From Candidatus Ozemobacteraceae bacterium (lineage in GTDB: Bacteria > Muiribacteriota > Ozemobacteria > Ozemobacterales > Ozemobacteraceae): a stretch of DNA of 64,000 bases. The stretch is from the NCBI GenBank assembly GCA_965140445.1, contig OZ223236.1, positions 3,904,001 through 3,968,000 of the forward strand. The letters run 5' to 3'. A model generated the notes under the pieces. It did no database searches and was not told where the DNA came from. It saw only the letters and a program-made list of their open reading frames with translations. How positions within the stretch are numbered: the stretch's first letter is position 1; the number at the start of each line of letters is the position of its first letter. The position numbers were made by a program, and so were the translations under genes. Below are positions 47,859 through 56,779 of the stretch, piece by piece.

Positions 47859-49382
47859 TTGATAATGCAAAAGACATTTTTTTTCAGAAATATTTTCTAC
47901 ATTTTTTGTGGGATTTTTTGTACAACAATATGCTACGGCATAGATCTCTCATCAACTCAGATTTTAAAGATAAATGGGAATGTTGAAGTAAAAAAAACAG
48001 ATTCAACCTCGTTTAAAAAGCTTCGCAAAAACCTGAAACTCTCTGGATCACTTAAGAGACTTGACGGAGGGGACAAAGTAAAAACCCACCAAAGCAGCAA
48101 TGCAGAAATGGCTCTAAAGAACACTTGTATTTTAGCTGTAAAAGAACAAAGTCTATTTGAAGTTCCCAAATTAAATGAAGTTGAAAATGTTACTCAACTT
48201 AAAGCACAGCAAGGTTCAATCCTTTTTAAAGTAATCTCCGGTAATAATTTTGAAGTCAGAACGGCTGATGTAATAGCTGGAGTAAAAGGGACTTTATTTG
48301 AAATGGATGTATTGGATGGTTTTTATTGTCTCGCAGGAACACCTGGATTAGAAATTGGCACTCTGGCAGCTGGTGGCACAATAGTAAATGTTTTTAAAGG
48401 CGAAGTCGAGTTAAAACATGCCATCACAGGAAAAACCAGAACCCTTAAAGCCGGAGAAGGAATTTCAGTTTTTAATAACCAGCTTTTAAATGTGGATACT
48501 ATCGTTCAAGATGGTTTTGGAATCCTTCAAAAATTCAACCCAGTTAATCTTGTTGAAAAGAAATTCGGAGAAGCAGGATCGAGCCTTCTGACTGCAAATC
48601 CATCCCTCGATGGGCTCATGGGACTTGCAGATGAAACTAGTTTTCCAGCGGCTATTAGTGATAAGAAAAGCCGCTTTAATTCTATGTTTACTGGTTTTTC
48701 CGCTCCAGTGGTAGAAAAATTGAATAAAGCAGAAGCCATTACCCGCCAAACGGGACAAGTAATTGGCGAAGTTAGAGAACTAGAAACAATTGGAAGAGAT
48801 CTGGTAGGAGAAAAATTTAAAGCTGATTTTTCTTCTTTCAGAGTTCAGAAAAATCCATTTTTTGCTTCTGAAAAGGGAGTAAAAGAGGTTTATCTGGATA
48901 ATTACACCTTCGCTTCAGCAATAGCAGGCTTTGGTAGCGATAGATTAAAAATGGAACCTACTAAAGAAGGACTATCTTTACTAGAAGGCTTTGGAAGCAT
49001 GAGAGTGAAGAAATTTCATGGAAGCAATTCAGCTATTGAATTCTTACTTAGCTATTATGAATCTGCTGAAAACCTGGTAACAAATATTAAAGTATTAAAG
49101 GGAAATCTATACGCTAGAATTCCAGGCGAAATAGATGTTTTCAAAATACCAGCAGGGGAATCATCATTCACGTTCAATTTAAAAAGTGGAAAATACGGCT
49201 GGGGCTCACCATCACAACCCCCATTTGCAAAACAAATTGTCTCTTATAATTTTCAGGCAGAAAAAAAGCTTTCTAAGCAAAAACAGAGTCATGACAGCAA
49301 AACCACTAAGAAAAGAGTAAACTCCATAAAAAAAATTATAAAAAAGAATCCTAGAAACCTATTGCGGGGTTTAGGCTTCTAG
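47859..49382 (+). CDS. Exported FecR-domain protein
   Basis: GNVEVK..GDKVKT..AEM..GSILFKV..FEVRTADVIAGVKGTLF..VFKGEV..LKAGE; signal peptide. Confidence 0.8.
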   Translation: MIMQKTFFFRNIFYIFCGIFCTTICYGIDLSSTQILKINGNVEVKKTDSTSFKKLRKNLKLSGSLKRLDGGDKVKTHQSSNAEMALKNTCILAVKEQSLFEVPKLNEVENVTQLKAQQGSILFKVISGNNFEVRTADVIAGVKGTLFEMDVLDGFYCLAGTPGLEIGTLAAGGTIVNVFKGEVELKHAITGKTRTLKAGEGISVFNNQLLNVDTIVQDGFGILQKFNPVNLVEKKFGEAGSSLLTANPSLDGLMGLADETSFPAAISDKKSRFNSMFTGFSAPVVEKLNKAEAITRQTGQVIGEVRELETIGRDLVGEKFKADFSSFRVQKNPFFASEKGVKEVYLDNYTFASAIAGFGSDRLKMEPTKEGLSLLEGFGSMRVKKFHGSNSAIEFLLSYYESAENLVTNIKVLKGNLYARIPGEIDVFKIPAGESSFTFNLKSGKYGWGSPSQPPFAKQIVSYNFQAEKKLSKQKQSHDSKTTKKRVNSIKKIIKKNPRNLLRGLGF

Positions 49383-49398
49383 ATTAGAGAGAATAGCC

Positions 49399-52300
49399 TT
49401 GTCAAAGCAACAAAATAGCCACTTGCCAGGTGGCGTTTCCAAACTTGGAAAAAGAGCTTTTTTCATTACTCTGATCTTTTGTTTATTCGCGCAACTTCCG
49501 CCAGTGAAAAACTGGCTGGAACTTGCCGAATCGAAATTCTCAGATGTTCTTTTTTCACTAATAAGCGTAGAATGCCCATCTAGCGGACTTAAGCGATCAA
49601 AGGTTTTAATTGTAAACAAAGACCAAACCTTTATCGACCGATTTGGGCGCAGCCCCGACCGGTCGGATTTCGCGAATCTTTTAAACGTATTAAAAGATTC
49701 TGGAGTAGAGACCGTGGCTCTAGACTTTATTTTTGACGAAAAAGGTGAAAATCTTCAAGCAAATCAAAAGTTGAAAAAATCTCTAAAGGACTTCTCCTTC
49801 CCAATCCTTGCCAACCACTTTATCCCTCGCGGGCTACAAAACTATTCCACCGCCAATATTACCGACTACAATTCAGAGAGACCCCCGTGGCCGACTTCGT
49901 TATATCGAGATTTTTCTCAAAATGCTGCGTCAACAGGATTAATAAATATTTTTTCTGATTTCGACGGAGTAATAAGATATGCTCCTTTAGCTTTTCTTCC
50001 TGATGAAAAGAAAAACTATCTTCCAACTCTTGGTTTTGCTGCCTGGATAGCAGAAGAAGTAAAACAAAACTTGCCCAAAGAAATCTTTTCTGAGCCTGAT
50101 AAAACTATCACCAATATAGCCTCGATGGTCGAGCTTATAAACAAAGCTCCCTTTCAAAGGCACTCAACAGGGCATCAGGGGCTTGATAAACTGATAAAAA
50201 TTCTGGAATTGAAGTTTGTGCTCAGAAAATGTTTGCTCAACACAAATGATTTTGTTTCACCTTCAGAGGAAAAAATAGAATTTTACAGTAAAAACATTGG
50301 CAATAAAACTTTTGTAAATATTCCTTCAAGCCCTTTACCATTAATAGGTCCAGACTCTACCCCGTGCATAAGAATCCCCTTTAAAAGACGTTCACCTCCA
50401 TATCAGGAGGACCATATAGAAAGTCTATCAATGAGCCTGCTTTTAAAAACTGAGCTTGAAAATTCTTCAAATCGGATTCGAAAAAATGAAGTCAAAATTT
50501 CCTCAGAGAAACCTTTTGAGGTATCAGACTTTTTTGTCTGGACGGAGCCGGGCAACTCTCAAATCAGTGGAAAGTTAAGCAATCCCGTTGGAATGCCCTG
50601 CATTAATTCAACTGTTATGGTCATTAATCAAAATAATGGATATTGGGAGAAAACTACAACTCTAGACGATGGCACCTTTCATCTGAAAAGACTGCCAGCT
50701 GGTCCCTACAGTTTGGAAATAATAACAAAGAACCATGGGTTATTACAGATTTCAAGATCAAATAAAATATGGGATTTAGCCAAAGACAATGTAATAGAAG
50801 TGAACTGTTGCGAAATTCCCCTTTTGAACAAAACTCTATGTATTCCAGAACACAAGGACATAGATGATTATATTATATGGGGCGAATCTTTAAATATACT
50901 GCCAACAGATTCCTCAGGCAAACTACCACAGGTTTGTTTACCTTCAAGCTACGAATTCATTCCGCTTGATGAGGAAATAGAATTTTCTCAAAATAACGGG
51001 ATCTGCTATAACCCAAACAAAACCCCACTCCGAAATTTAGATTTGGCCATTATAGATTCAAGCGATCCATGGAAGCATAGTTTTCTATTTAGAGGAAAAA
51101 TCAGGGAAAATGGGATAAAATTACCAGCATCATTGGACTGCCAAATAGCGTTAACCTCTTCCCAGGAGCAGTCTAAAAAGCAACTTCCTCTGGAACTCCA
51201 AGTAGTAAAAGAACAAGAAATACTCCCTGAAAATAAAATACCAACTATTTCTCTGAGCGAAAAAAAGGTAAAAATTGAATTTCCTTTTACCGGAACAAAA
51301 AATGAAATAAACCTTCTTTTCCTTGCAGATACAGGAGAAATTAAAGAAATCCCTTCCTCAACCACAGCTTTTATAACCGAAGGAAATTATCGAATACTAG
51401 CATCAAAAGGATCAAAAAAAGGAATCTACAACCAGCTTAGGGCTAAAATAGCTGAACGCCCTGTTTTTATTGGAACCTCGCTGGCAGAGGACCAAGACTT
51501 ACAAATTACACCAATCAATTTTATGAATAAGGGGTTTTCAAGAATTCCTGGGGTGAATCTTCACGCAAATATTTGCGAAGCCTTATTAAACAAGAATTTC
51601 ATAAATTCCCCATTTTTCCACTTTGATAAAGCAACGAACTTCTGGCCAGTATTGCAAACCCTGCTTCTTTTGCCAATAATCCTGCTTATAAATCATATCT
51701 TTATTGCCTTTGGAGCTTACATTGGCGCCTTGCTAACTATTTTAATAATTCCATCCTGGGTTTTTCTGGCAATCCTTTCTTTTACTAAGGGAACTCTACT
51801 CCCGGTAATTTTTCCCGTTACTCAAATAGCATTATTTAGTATTGGAAAAACATTTATAGAATGGATAATTTCGAGAAATAATGAAATTGCTGCCCGATCA
51901 ACATTTGGAAGATTCATTTCACCCGAAATTGTAGAACAAATTCTAAAAAATCCCGATGCACTTAAACCTGGTGGAGAAAAAAAAGAGTTAACCGTAATTT
52001 TTACAGATCTTGCCGGGTTTACTTCAATTTCTGAGAAATTGCCTCCAGACGAGCTCACAGACTTTATGAACGAATATCTTGATGCAATGACCAGGATTGT
52101 CTTTAAATATGGTGGAACTTTAGATAAGTATATCGGAGACGCCATCATGGCATTCTGGAATCATCCTACATCACAGAAAAATCACGCGCAGCTGGCTGTT
52201 GATTGTGCGATTGCTATGCAAAATGAGCTGGAGTTGTTAAGAGATGGTTGGCATAAAAGAGGTTTGCCAGAAGTTAGCATGCGGGCTGGGATCAATACAT

Positions 52301-52767
52301 CCACCTGCATGGTTGGGTTTATTGGCAGCTCAATTCAAATGAACTTTACCTGCCTTGGTGATGGAGTAAATCTTGCTGCAAGACTTGAAGGGGCTAATAA
52401 AGAATATGGAACGCTAATTATGATTTCAGAATCTGTAAAAGATCAGTTGGAAAAAAACTCGGTCCCATGCAGATTTCTGGATTATTTAGCTGTAAAAGGA
52501 AAAAATGAACCAATTAAAGTTTTTGAGGTTGTCTCAGGTACTGAAGCTAAAGCAGAAAATTGGGAAGAATTCTTGAAATTATATAAACTTGGAATTCATT
52601 CCTATTTAGGAAAAGAGTGGAAAAATGCTGAAAAACACTTCAAAACCGCTTTAAAGATTAAACAAAACGATGGTCCTTGCTTAACTTACATAGATAGATG
52701 TAAACACTTTTCAAATTTTCCTCCTCCAGAGAACTGGGACGGAAGATTTGAAATGAAAACAAAATAG
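49399..52767 (+). CDS. Membrane class IIIb adenylate cyclase with split CHASE2 sensor and C-terminal TPR-like helices
   Basis: CHASE2 halves VALDFIF/DFDGVIR and FIG..D..TP..PGVNLHAN; 3 TM helices; FTDLAGFT, DKYIGDAIMAFW, TCLGDGVNLAARLE, VKGK; PPENWDG tail. Confidence 0.9.
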   Translation: MSKQQNSHLPGGVSKLGKRAFFITLIFCLFAQLPPVKNWLELAESKFSDVLFSLISVECPSSGLKRSKVLIVNKDQTFIDRFGRSPDRSDFANLLNVLKDSGVETVALDFIFDEKGENLQANQKLKKSLKDFSFPILANHFIPRGLQNYSTANITDYNSERPPWPTSLYRDFSQNAASTGLINIFSDFDGVIRYAPLAFLPDEKKNYLPTLGFAAWIAEEVKQNLPKEIFSEPDKTITNIASMVELINKAPFQRHSTGHQGLDKLIKILELKFVLRKCLLNTNDFVSPSEEKIEFYSKNIGNKTFVNIPSSPLPLIGPDSTPCIRIPFKRRSPPYQEDHIESLSMSLLLKTELENSSNRIRKNEVKISSEKPFEVSDFFVWTEPGNSQISGKLSNPVGMPCINSTVMVINQNNGYWEKTTTLDDGTFHLKRLPAGPYSLEIITKNHGLLQISRSNKIWDLAKDNVIEVNCCEIPLLNKTLCIPEHKDIDDYIIWGESLNILPTDSSGKLPQVCLPSSYEFIPLDEEIEFSQNNGICYNPNKTPLRNLDLAIIDSSDPWKHSFLFRGKIRENGIKLPASLDCQIALTSSQEQSKKQLPLELQVVKEQEILPENKIPTISLSEKKVKIEFPFTGTKNEINLLFLADTGEIKEIPSSTTAFITEGNYRILASKGSKKGIYNQLRAKIAERPVFIGTSLAEDQDLQITPINFMNKGFSRIPGVNLHANICEALLNKNFINSPFFHFDKATNFWPVLQTLLLLPIILLINHIFIAFGAYIGALLTILIIPSWVFLAILSFTKGTLLPVIFPVTQIALFSIGKTFIEWIISRNNEIAARSTFGRFISPEIVEQILKNPDALKPGGEKKELTVIFTDLAGFTSISEKLPPDELTDFMNEYLDAMTRIVFKYGGTLDKYIGDAIMAFWNHPTSQKNHAQLAVDCAIAMQNELELLRDGWHKRGLPEVSMRAGINTSTCMVGFIGSSIQMNFTCLGDGVNLAARLEGANKEYGTLIMISESVKDQLEKNSVPCRFLDYLAVKGKNEPIKVFEVVSGTEAKAENWEEFLKLYKLGIHSYLGKEWKNAEKHFKTALKIKQNDGPCLTYIDRCKHFSNFPPPENWDGRFEMKTK

Positions 52768-52797
52768 TAGCCATGCAATTAATCTAAGACAGAAGTC

Positions 52798-53679
52798 TTA
52801 CTCGCTTTTCATTTTTCTTCTTTTTATTGCATAAGCTCCAATCAAGAAAAGAACCATGCTTCCAGGCTCTGGCGCTCCCGGGGCTGCTGGAGGTCCTCCA
52901 ACTGGGACAAAAACAATTCCTCCATACACATAATAAGAACCCGACTGAACAGTAATCCATGGCCACCATTCATACCCACCAGAAGTCTTAGCTCCAATTG
53001 CCGATGACGTTACACCAGTAGAACCATCATTCCACGTATCTCTAACTGCAAACCAATCATTTGCAGTCCCGGGGTTATCTTCGTATCCGAAAGCCACTAT
53101 TGAATGGCCGCCACCAGGAACAACAGTATTTAAAATCATTGGTCTGCCAGCGTCAATTTCATCGACAACAGACTGGAAATCTAAAGTTCCAAACGCCCAA
53201 TGATCTGTTGTGTAATCCTGAGATGAGTTAAAAGTATAAGAATCATTTACAGCGGTTGCAGGATTATCCCAAGCCTGAAAGTTTACCAAAGCTGCGGGAA
53301 TATTATTTGACCAGGTTCCTCCATCGGACAATGGATCAAGGCTGGTGCCCATAAAATCTGCAATACTGTTATTTACATGAGTTCCAGAATCAGCACCCCA
53401 ATAATCTGAAATATGATCCGGACTGGCAATAATATCTCTTACACTTTGGCCGGCCGCGCCGTGAAAAGCCCCATAGTTACCTGAAACTGCCAGGGCATCG
53501 CCAGGAATTTTCTCGTAACCTTTTGCATCCCAGTAACCTACCAGCATTCCTCCTGAAGTTGGAGAACATCCGTACCACCAGTAATATTCAGGTACGCCCG
53601 AAAGCGCCAAGGTTCCCCCGAAGGCAGGAAAACTCACTAAAAAGCTTAATATAAGCAGTATAACCAACCTTTTAAACAT
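52798..53679 (-). CDS. PEP-CTERM-anchored papain-like (C39/C10-type) cysteine peptidase
   Basis: Signal peptide; GCSPTSGGML (Cys), GHSIVAFGY (His), VRDTW (Asp); tail APEPGSMVLFLIGAYAIKRRK. Confidence 0.8.
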   Translation of the reverse strand: MFKRLVILLILSFLVSFPAFGGTLALSGVPEYYWWYGCSPTSGGMLVGYWDAKGYEKIPGDALAVSGNYGAFHGAAGQSVRDIIASPDHISDYWGADSGTHVNNSIADFMGTSLDPLSDGGTWSNNIPAALVNFQAWDNPATAVNDSYTFNSSQDYTTDHWAFGTLDFQSVVDEIDAGRPMILNTVVPGGGHSIVAFGYEDNPGTANDWFAVRDTWNDGSTGVTSSAIGAKTSGGYEWWPWITVQSGSYYVYGGIVFVPVGGPPAAPGAPEPGSMVLFLIGAYAIKRRKMKSE

Positions 53680-53758
53680 TTAAGATCCGTTCTCTCTATT
53701 TTTTTATGTACACTTTTAATTATCATAATAAAATTTAAGTTATGCAAGTTTTTCAGTC

Positions 53759-53792
53759 AAAAAAAAACTGCCCCAGTCAAAGACTGGGGCAG
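53759..53792 (-). terminator. Intrinsic terminator of the RRM gene
   Basis: Minus strand CTGCCCCAGTC-ttt-GACTGGGGCAG-T9. Confidence 0.9.
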
Positions 53793-53804
53793 CGCGCTTA
53801 GCGA

Positions 53805-54074
53805 TTAGTATCTTGGAGCGCGAGGTCTATCCTGTTTTGGTCGGGCTTCATTAACTTTTACATTTCTGCCCTGAAGATCAGAATTATCTAAAGCCTGAAT
53901 AGCTGCTTTAGCTTGTTCATCGTCTGGCATTTCAATAAATCCAAAGCCTTTTGATCTGCCAGTTTCACGATCTCTTATGATGTTAGCGCTTGCAACTTCA
54001 CCATAAGCTTCAAAAGCAGAACTAAGTTCATCTTCAGTAATTCTATAAGGAAGATTTCCCACGTAGATATTCAT
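53805..54074 (-). CDS. RRM (RNP-1) RNA-binding protein
   Basis: RNP2 IYVGNL, RNP1 KGFGFIEM, VNEARP. Confidence 0.95.
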   Translation of the reverse strand: MNIYVGNLPYRITEDELSSAFEAYGEVASANIIRDRETGRSKGFGFIEMPDDEQAKAAIQALDNSDLQGRNVKVNEARPKQDRPRAPRY

Positions 54075-54098
54075 TCTAACTACCTCAAAAACAAATCC

Positions 54099-54217
54099 TG
54101 TGGTTTGATCCAGAACACTACCGAGTAATCAAACCACACAATGAATCCTACGATAGCGGCAAGCCAGTGCTTGCACCCCTACTTCTTTTTTTTATATCAT
54201 TTTTTGACTTTTGTCAA
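54099..54217 (-). promoter_or_regulatory. Promoter and structured 5' UTR of the RRM gene
   Basis: Minus-strand TTGACA (54217-54212) and TGaTATAAA; hairpins GCAAGC-N4-GCTTGC (54159-54174) and TGTGGTTTGAT-N18-ATCAAACCACA (54099-54138). Confidence 0.55.
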
Positions 54218-54346
54218 CTTATATCCTTTCTTAAAAGGCATCTTAGCCCATATCTTTAACGTTAAAAGCTGCTTAATTTCAATATATTCTATTCGTTGAT
54301 ATAATGGATTCATAGAAAGATTTTAGATTAAATTATTGGAGATCAA

Positions 54347-56140
54347 ATGAGAAAAATCCTTTTATGCATATTGCTTCTATTTTTCATCCCATCAGGTGTC
54401 TTCTCTGAAGCCAATAGCAATTTAGCAGAACCAATTTTATTGAATAAGGCGAAATTATTCGATTCAATGATTGAGGAAGATCATCTCCTTAATGGGATGA
54501 TTGTAAATATCGAAAAAAGCAACAAATCAAAACAAATAAGATATTCAGGAGACTCAACAATTTGGACTGGAGCCTATATAGCTTCTCAGGTTTACAGATA
54601 CAAAGTAACCAGAGATAAAAAAGCTTTGGAGAATTTTCAAGCCTGCCTGAAAGCTTTTGTAAATTTAGATAACATGTCTGGAAATCAAGGTTTTCTAGGG
54701 AGAAACTTTAAAGAGCAATCAGATAACATTCCTGTAAATGGTTATATAAAAGGATTCGGGGACTGGAAAAACTACTATTTTAGAGCAGACACATCAAGAG
54801 ATCAATACACGGGCATCTTAATGGCTTGTGCCATTGCCTGGCCAGAAATAAATAATCCAAATCTCCGCGATGATGTAAAAAAGTTAATCCAAAATATAGC
54901 TAACAATCTGATACAGAACAATCTCTCTCTTAAGGCCGTATTCTCTGGAAAATTCCACTCTTTCTTTGACTTAAACCCTAACTATGCGTATCAAGATCGA
55001 ATTACCAGGAGTGAATGGAATAATGTTGATGATTTCCCAATAAACCATGTTAGAGACTTTGTTGATTTTTCTGAAAGACTGGCAAAAATAGTCTCTTCTT
55101 TTTCTCCCCCACCATTGAGAGGTGGAGAAGCTCTTAGAGCTCTAATGATGATCCAGACAGCAGCAAATATTTCAGAAAACAATTTAATAAAGGAATACCT
55201 TCAAAAAGAACTGATCCAAAAAAGAAGGCTACCTGAAATAGCTTCAAATTCAATACTATTGCTAAACGACTTGTTCTATGGGAAAAATTTAAAGGTACTC
55301 AGAACAAAAATTTCTGGCGCCTTTTTTGCTTTAAATGAGCTTTTTTTAAGGGTTGCTCTTTCGAGCTTAAAAACTCCGGAATCTATTTCAAGCTATATAG
55401 AGCCCGGCTTCTACCCAATTTTGTACCGATATTCCAATTTTTACGCAGATTTAATATTAAATACCTTTTCATTTTTTCAGAAAAAAAACTCTTTCACTAT
55501 TTTTGAGGCCTTAGCAAAAAATTTAAAATCCCTAAAGACTGTTATAAGTGGTTTTTGTTCAAAGAAATTGCAACAAAAGCTTGAAAAGAAAATAAATTAT
55601 TTTGAAAAAATTTCTGGTTCTAACATAGACGAATTAGCCGATACTTTGAGATCTCATGTAGGAACAAATCTAACCTTTTTTGCATTATTAGGCCTCTTTG
55701 AGCAAAGCACAGCTGATGAAATAAAAAAGTCCATAACAGCAATTTTGCCGAGGGCATATGAGCCAATCTCAGATGAAGAAAACTCTCTATACACTTTTAT
55801 TGTTAAAGCCTATAGTAGTAAAACCGTTTCAAAAATTGAGTTAGAAAAGGCTATCAATACCCTAAAAAATTTTCCTGAAAGTAGAAAAAACAAGCTTTTT
55901 AACCATAAAAATTCTGCAAAGTATCCTCAATCACCGTGGCCTGATCGATTTGGTAAAATTGGTCGACGCTCGACTCAAGTCATCCCCATTAACGAAAGAG
56001 CACCGGACATCTTTATTTGGCAAGATTCGCCTAGATCAATTAAAACAGGGGCAAATAACTCAATTCAGATAGCTCCTGTGGACTATTTGTTGGCCTATTG
56101 GTTTGCCAGGGAAAAAAATATACTTTCTGCAGATGATTGA
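54347..56140 (+). CDS. Hypothetical exported protein, possibly alpha/alpha-toroid hydrolase-like
   Basis: Signal peptide; GDSTIWTGAYIASQVYRY, DTSRDQYTG, DYLLAYW segments; fold assignment tentative. Confidence 0.65.
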   Translation: MRKILLCILLLFFIPSGVFSEANSNLAEPILLNKAKLFDSMIEEDHLLNGMIVNIEKSNKSKQIRYSGDSTIWTGAYIASQVYRYKVTRDKKALENFQACLKAFVNLDNMSGNQGFLGRNFKEQSDNIPVNGYIKGFGDWKNYYFRADTSRDQYTGILMACAIAWPEINNPNLRDDVKKLIQNIANNLIQNNLSLKAVFSGKFHSFFDLNPNYAYQDRITRSEWNNVDDFPINHVRDFVDFSERLAKIVSSFSPPPLRGGEALRALMMIQTAANISENNLIKEYLQKELIQKRRLPEIASNSILLLNDLFYGKNLKVLRTKISGAFFALNELFLRVALSSLKTPESISSYIEPGFYPILYRYSNFYADLILNTFSFFQKKNSFTIFEALAKNLKSLKTVISGFCSKKLQQKLEKKINYFEKISGSNIDELADTLRSHVGTNLTFFALLGLFEQSTADEIKKSITAILPRAYEPISDEENSLYTFIVKAYSSKTVSKIELEKAINTLKNFPESRKNKLFNHKNSAKYPQSPWPDRFGKIGRRSTQVIPINERAPDIFIWQDSPRSIKTGANNSIQIAPVDYLLAYWFAREKNILSADD

Positions 56141-56147
56141 GAAAGAG

Positions 56148-56630
56148 TTACACAAAAGCTTCAGACTCTTTCTGGTCAGTATTATTAGAAGGCTCAGTTA
56201 AATCAAGCCTCATTTCCTGATGAGGGATTCCAGCTTCTTCAAAAATAGAACCCGTTTTTCTAAAACCAAATTTCTCGTATAGCTTTATAACTTCTAATTG
56301 GGAATGAATTTCAATCTTCTCAAAGGAATTTTCGCAAGCATATTCTAGCAAGCCTTCAATTATTGCACTTGCCACACCATTGCCCCGAGCGTGCGGTAAA
56401 ACAGCTACACGGCCAAGCTTAGCAACACTAAGATTTAGATCGTCTTGATAAATTCTTCCAGTGCCAACCGCTTCTCCATCTAGAAAGGCTAAAACATGGG
56501 TCGCACTTTCATCCAATTCATCCTTCTCAAGTTCTAGCGGTACATTCTGCTCCTGGACAAACACCTGTTCACGAATTGACCACGCTACAAACATTTCTGC
56601 CCTATTTGTTACAGGTCTGATTAAAATCAT
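56148..56630 (-). CDS. GNAT N-acetyltransferase (YjcF/ElaA-like)
   Basis: IREQVFVQEQNVP.ELE.DELD, GRVAVL..RGNG, LYEKFGF..F.EAGIPH; GGAGG before ATG 56630. Confidence 0.92.
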   Translation of the reverse strand: MILIRPVTNRAEMFVAWSIREQVFVQEQNVPLELEKDELDESATHVLAFLDGEAVGTGRIYQDDLNLSVAKLGRVAVLPHARGNGVASAIIEGLLEYACENSFEKIEIHSQLEVIKLYEKFGFRKTGSIFEEAGIPHQEMRLDLTEPSNNTDQKESEAFV

Positions 56631-56779
56631 TACAATTTGCCTCCAGAATAGCCCCATTTATTATAACGTCTATAATTTAAGCAACAATCAGGCCAATAAC
56701 CAATAAAAAAGATGTAACATTATCTATTATACCTGTGAAAGTGTATGTTATAATTCTTCAAAACTACAATTGGTGGATC

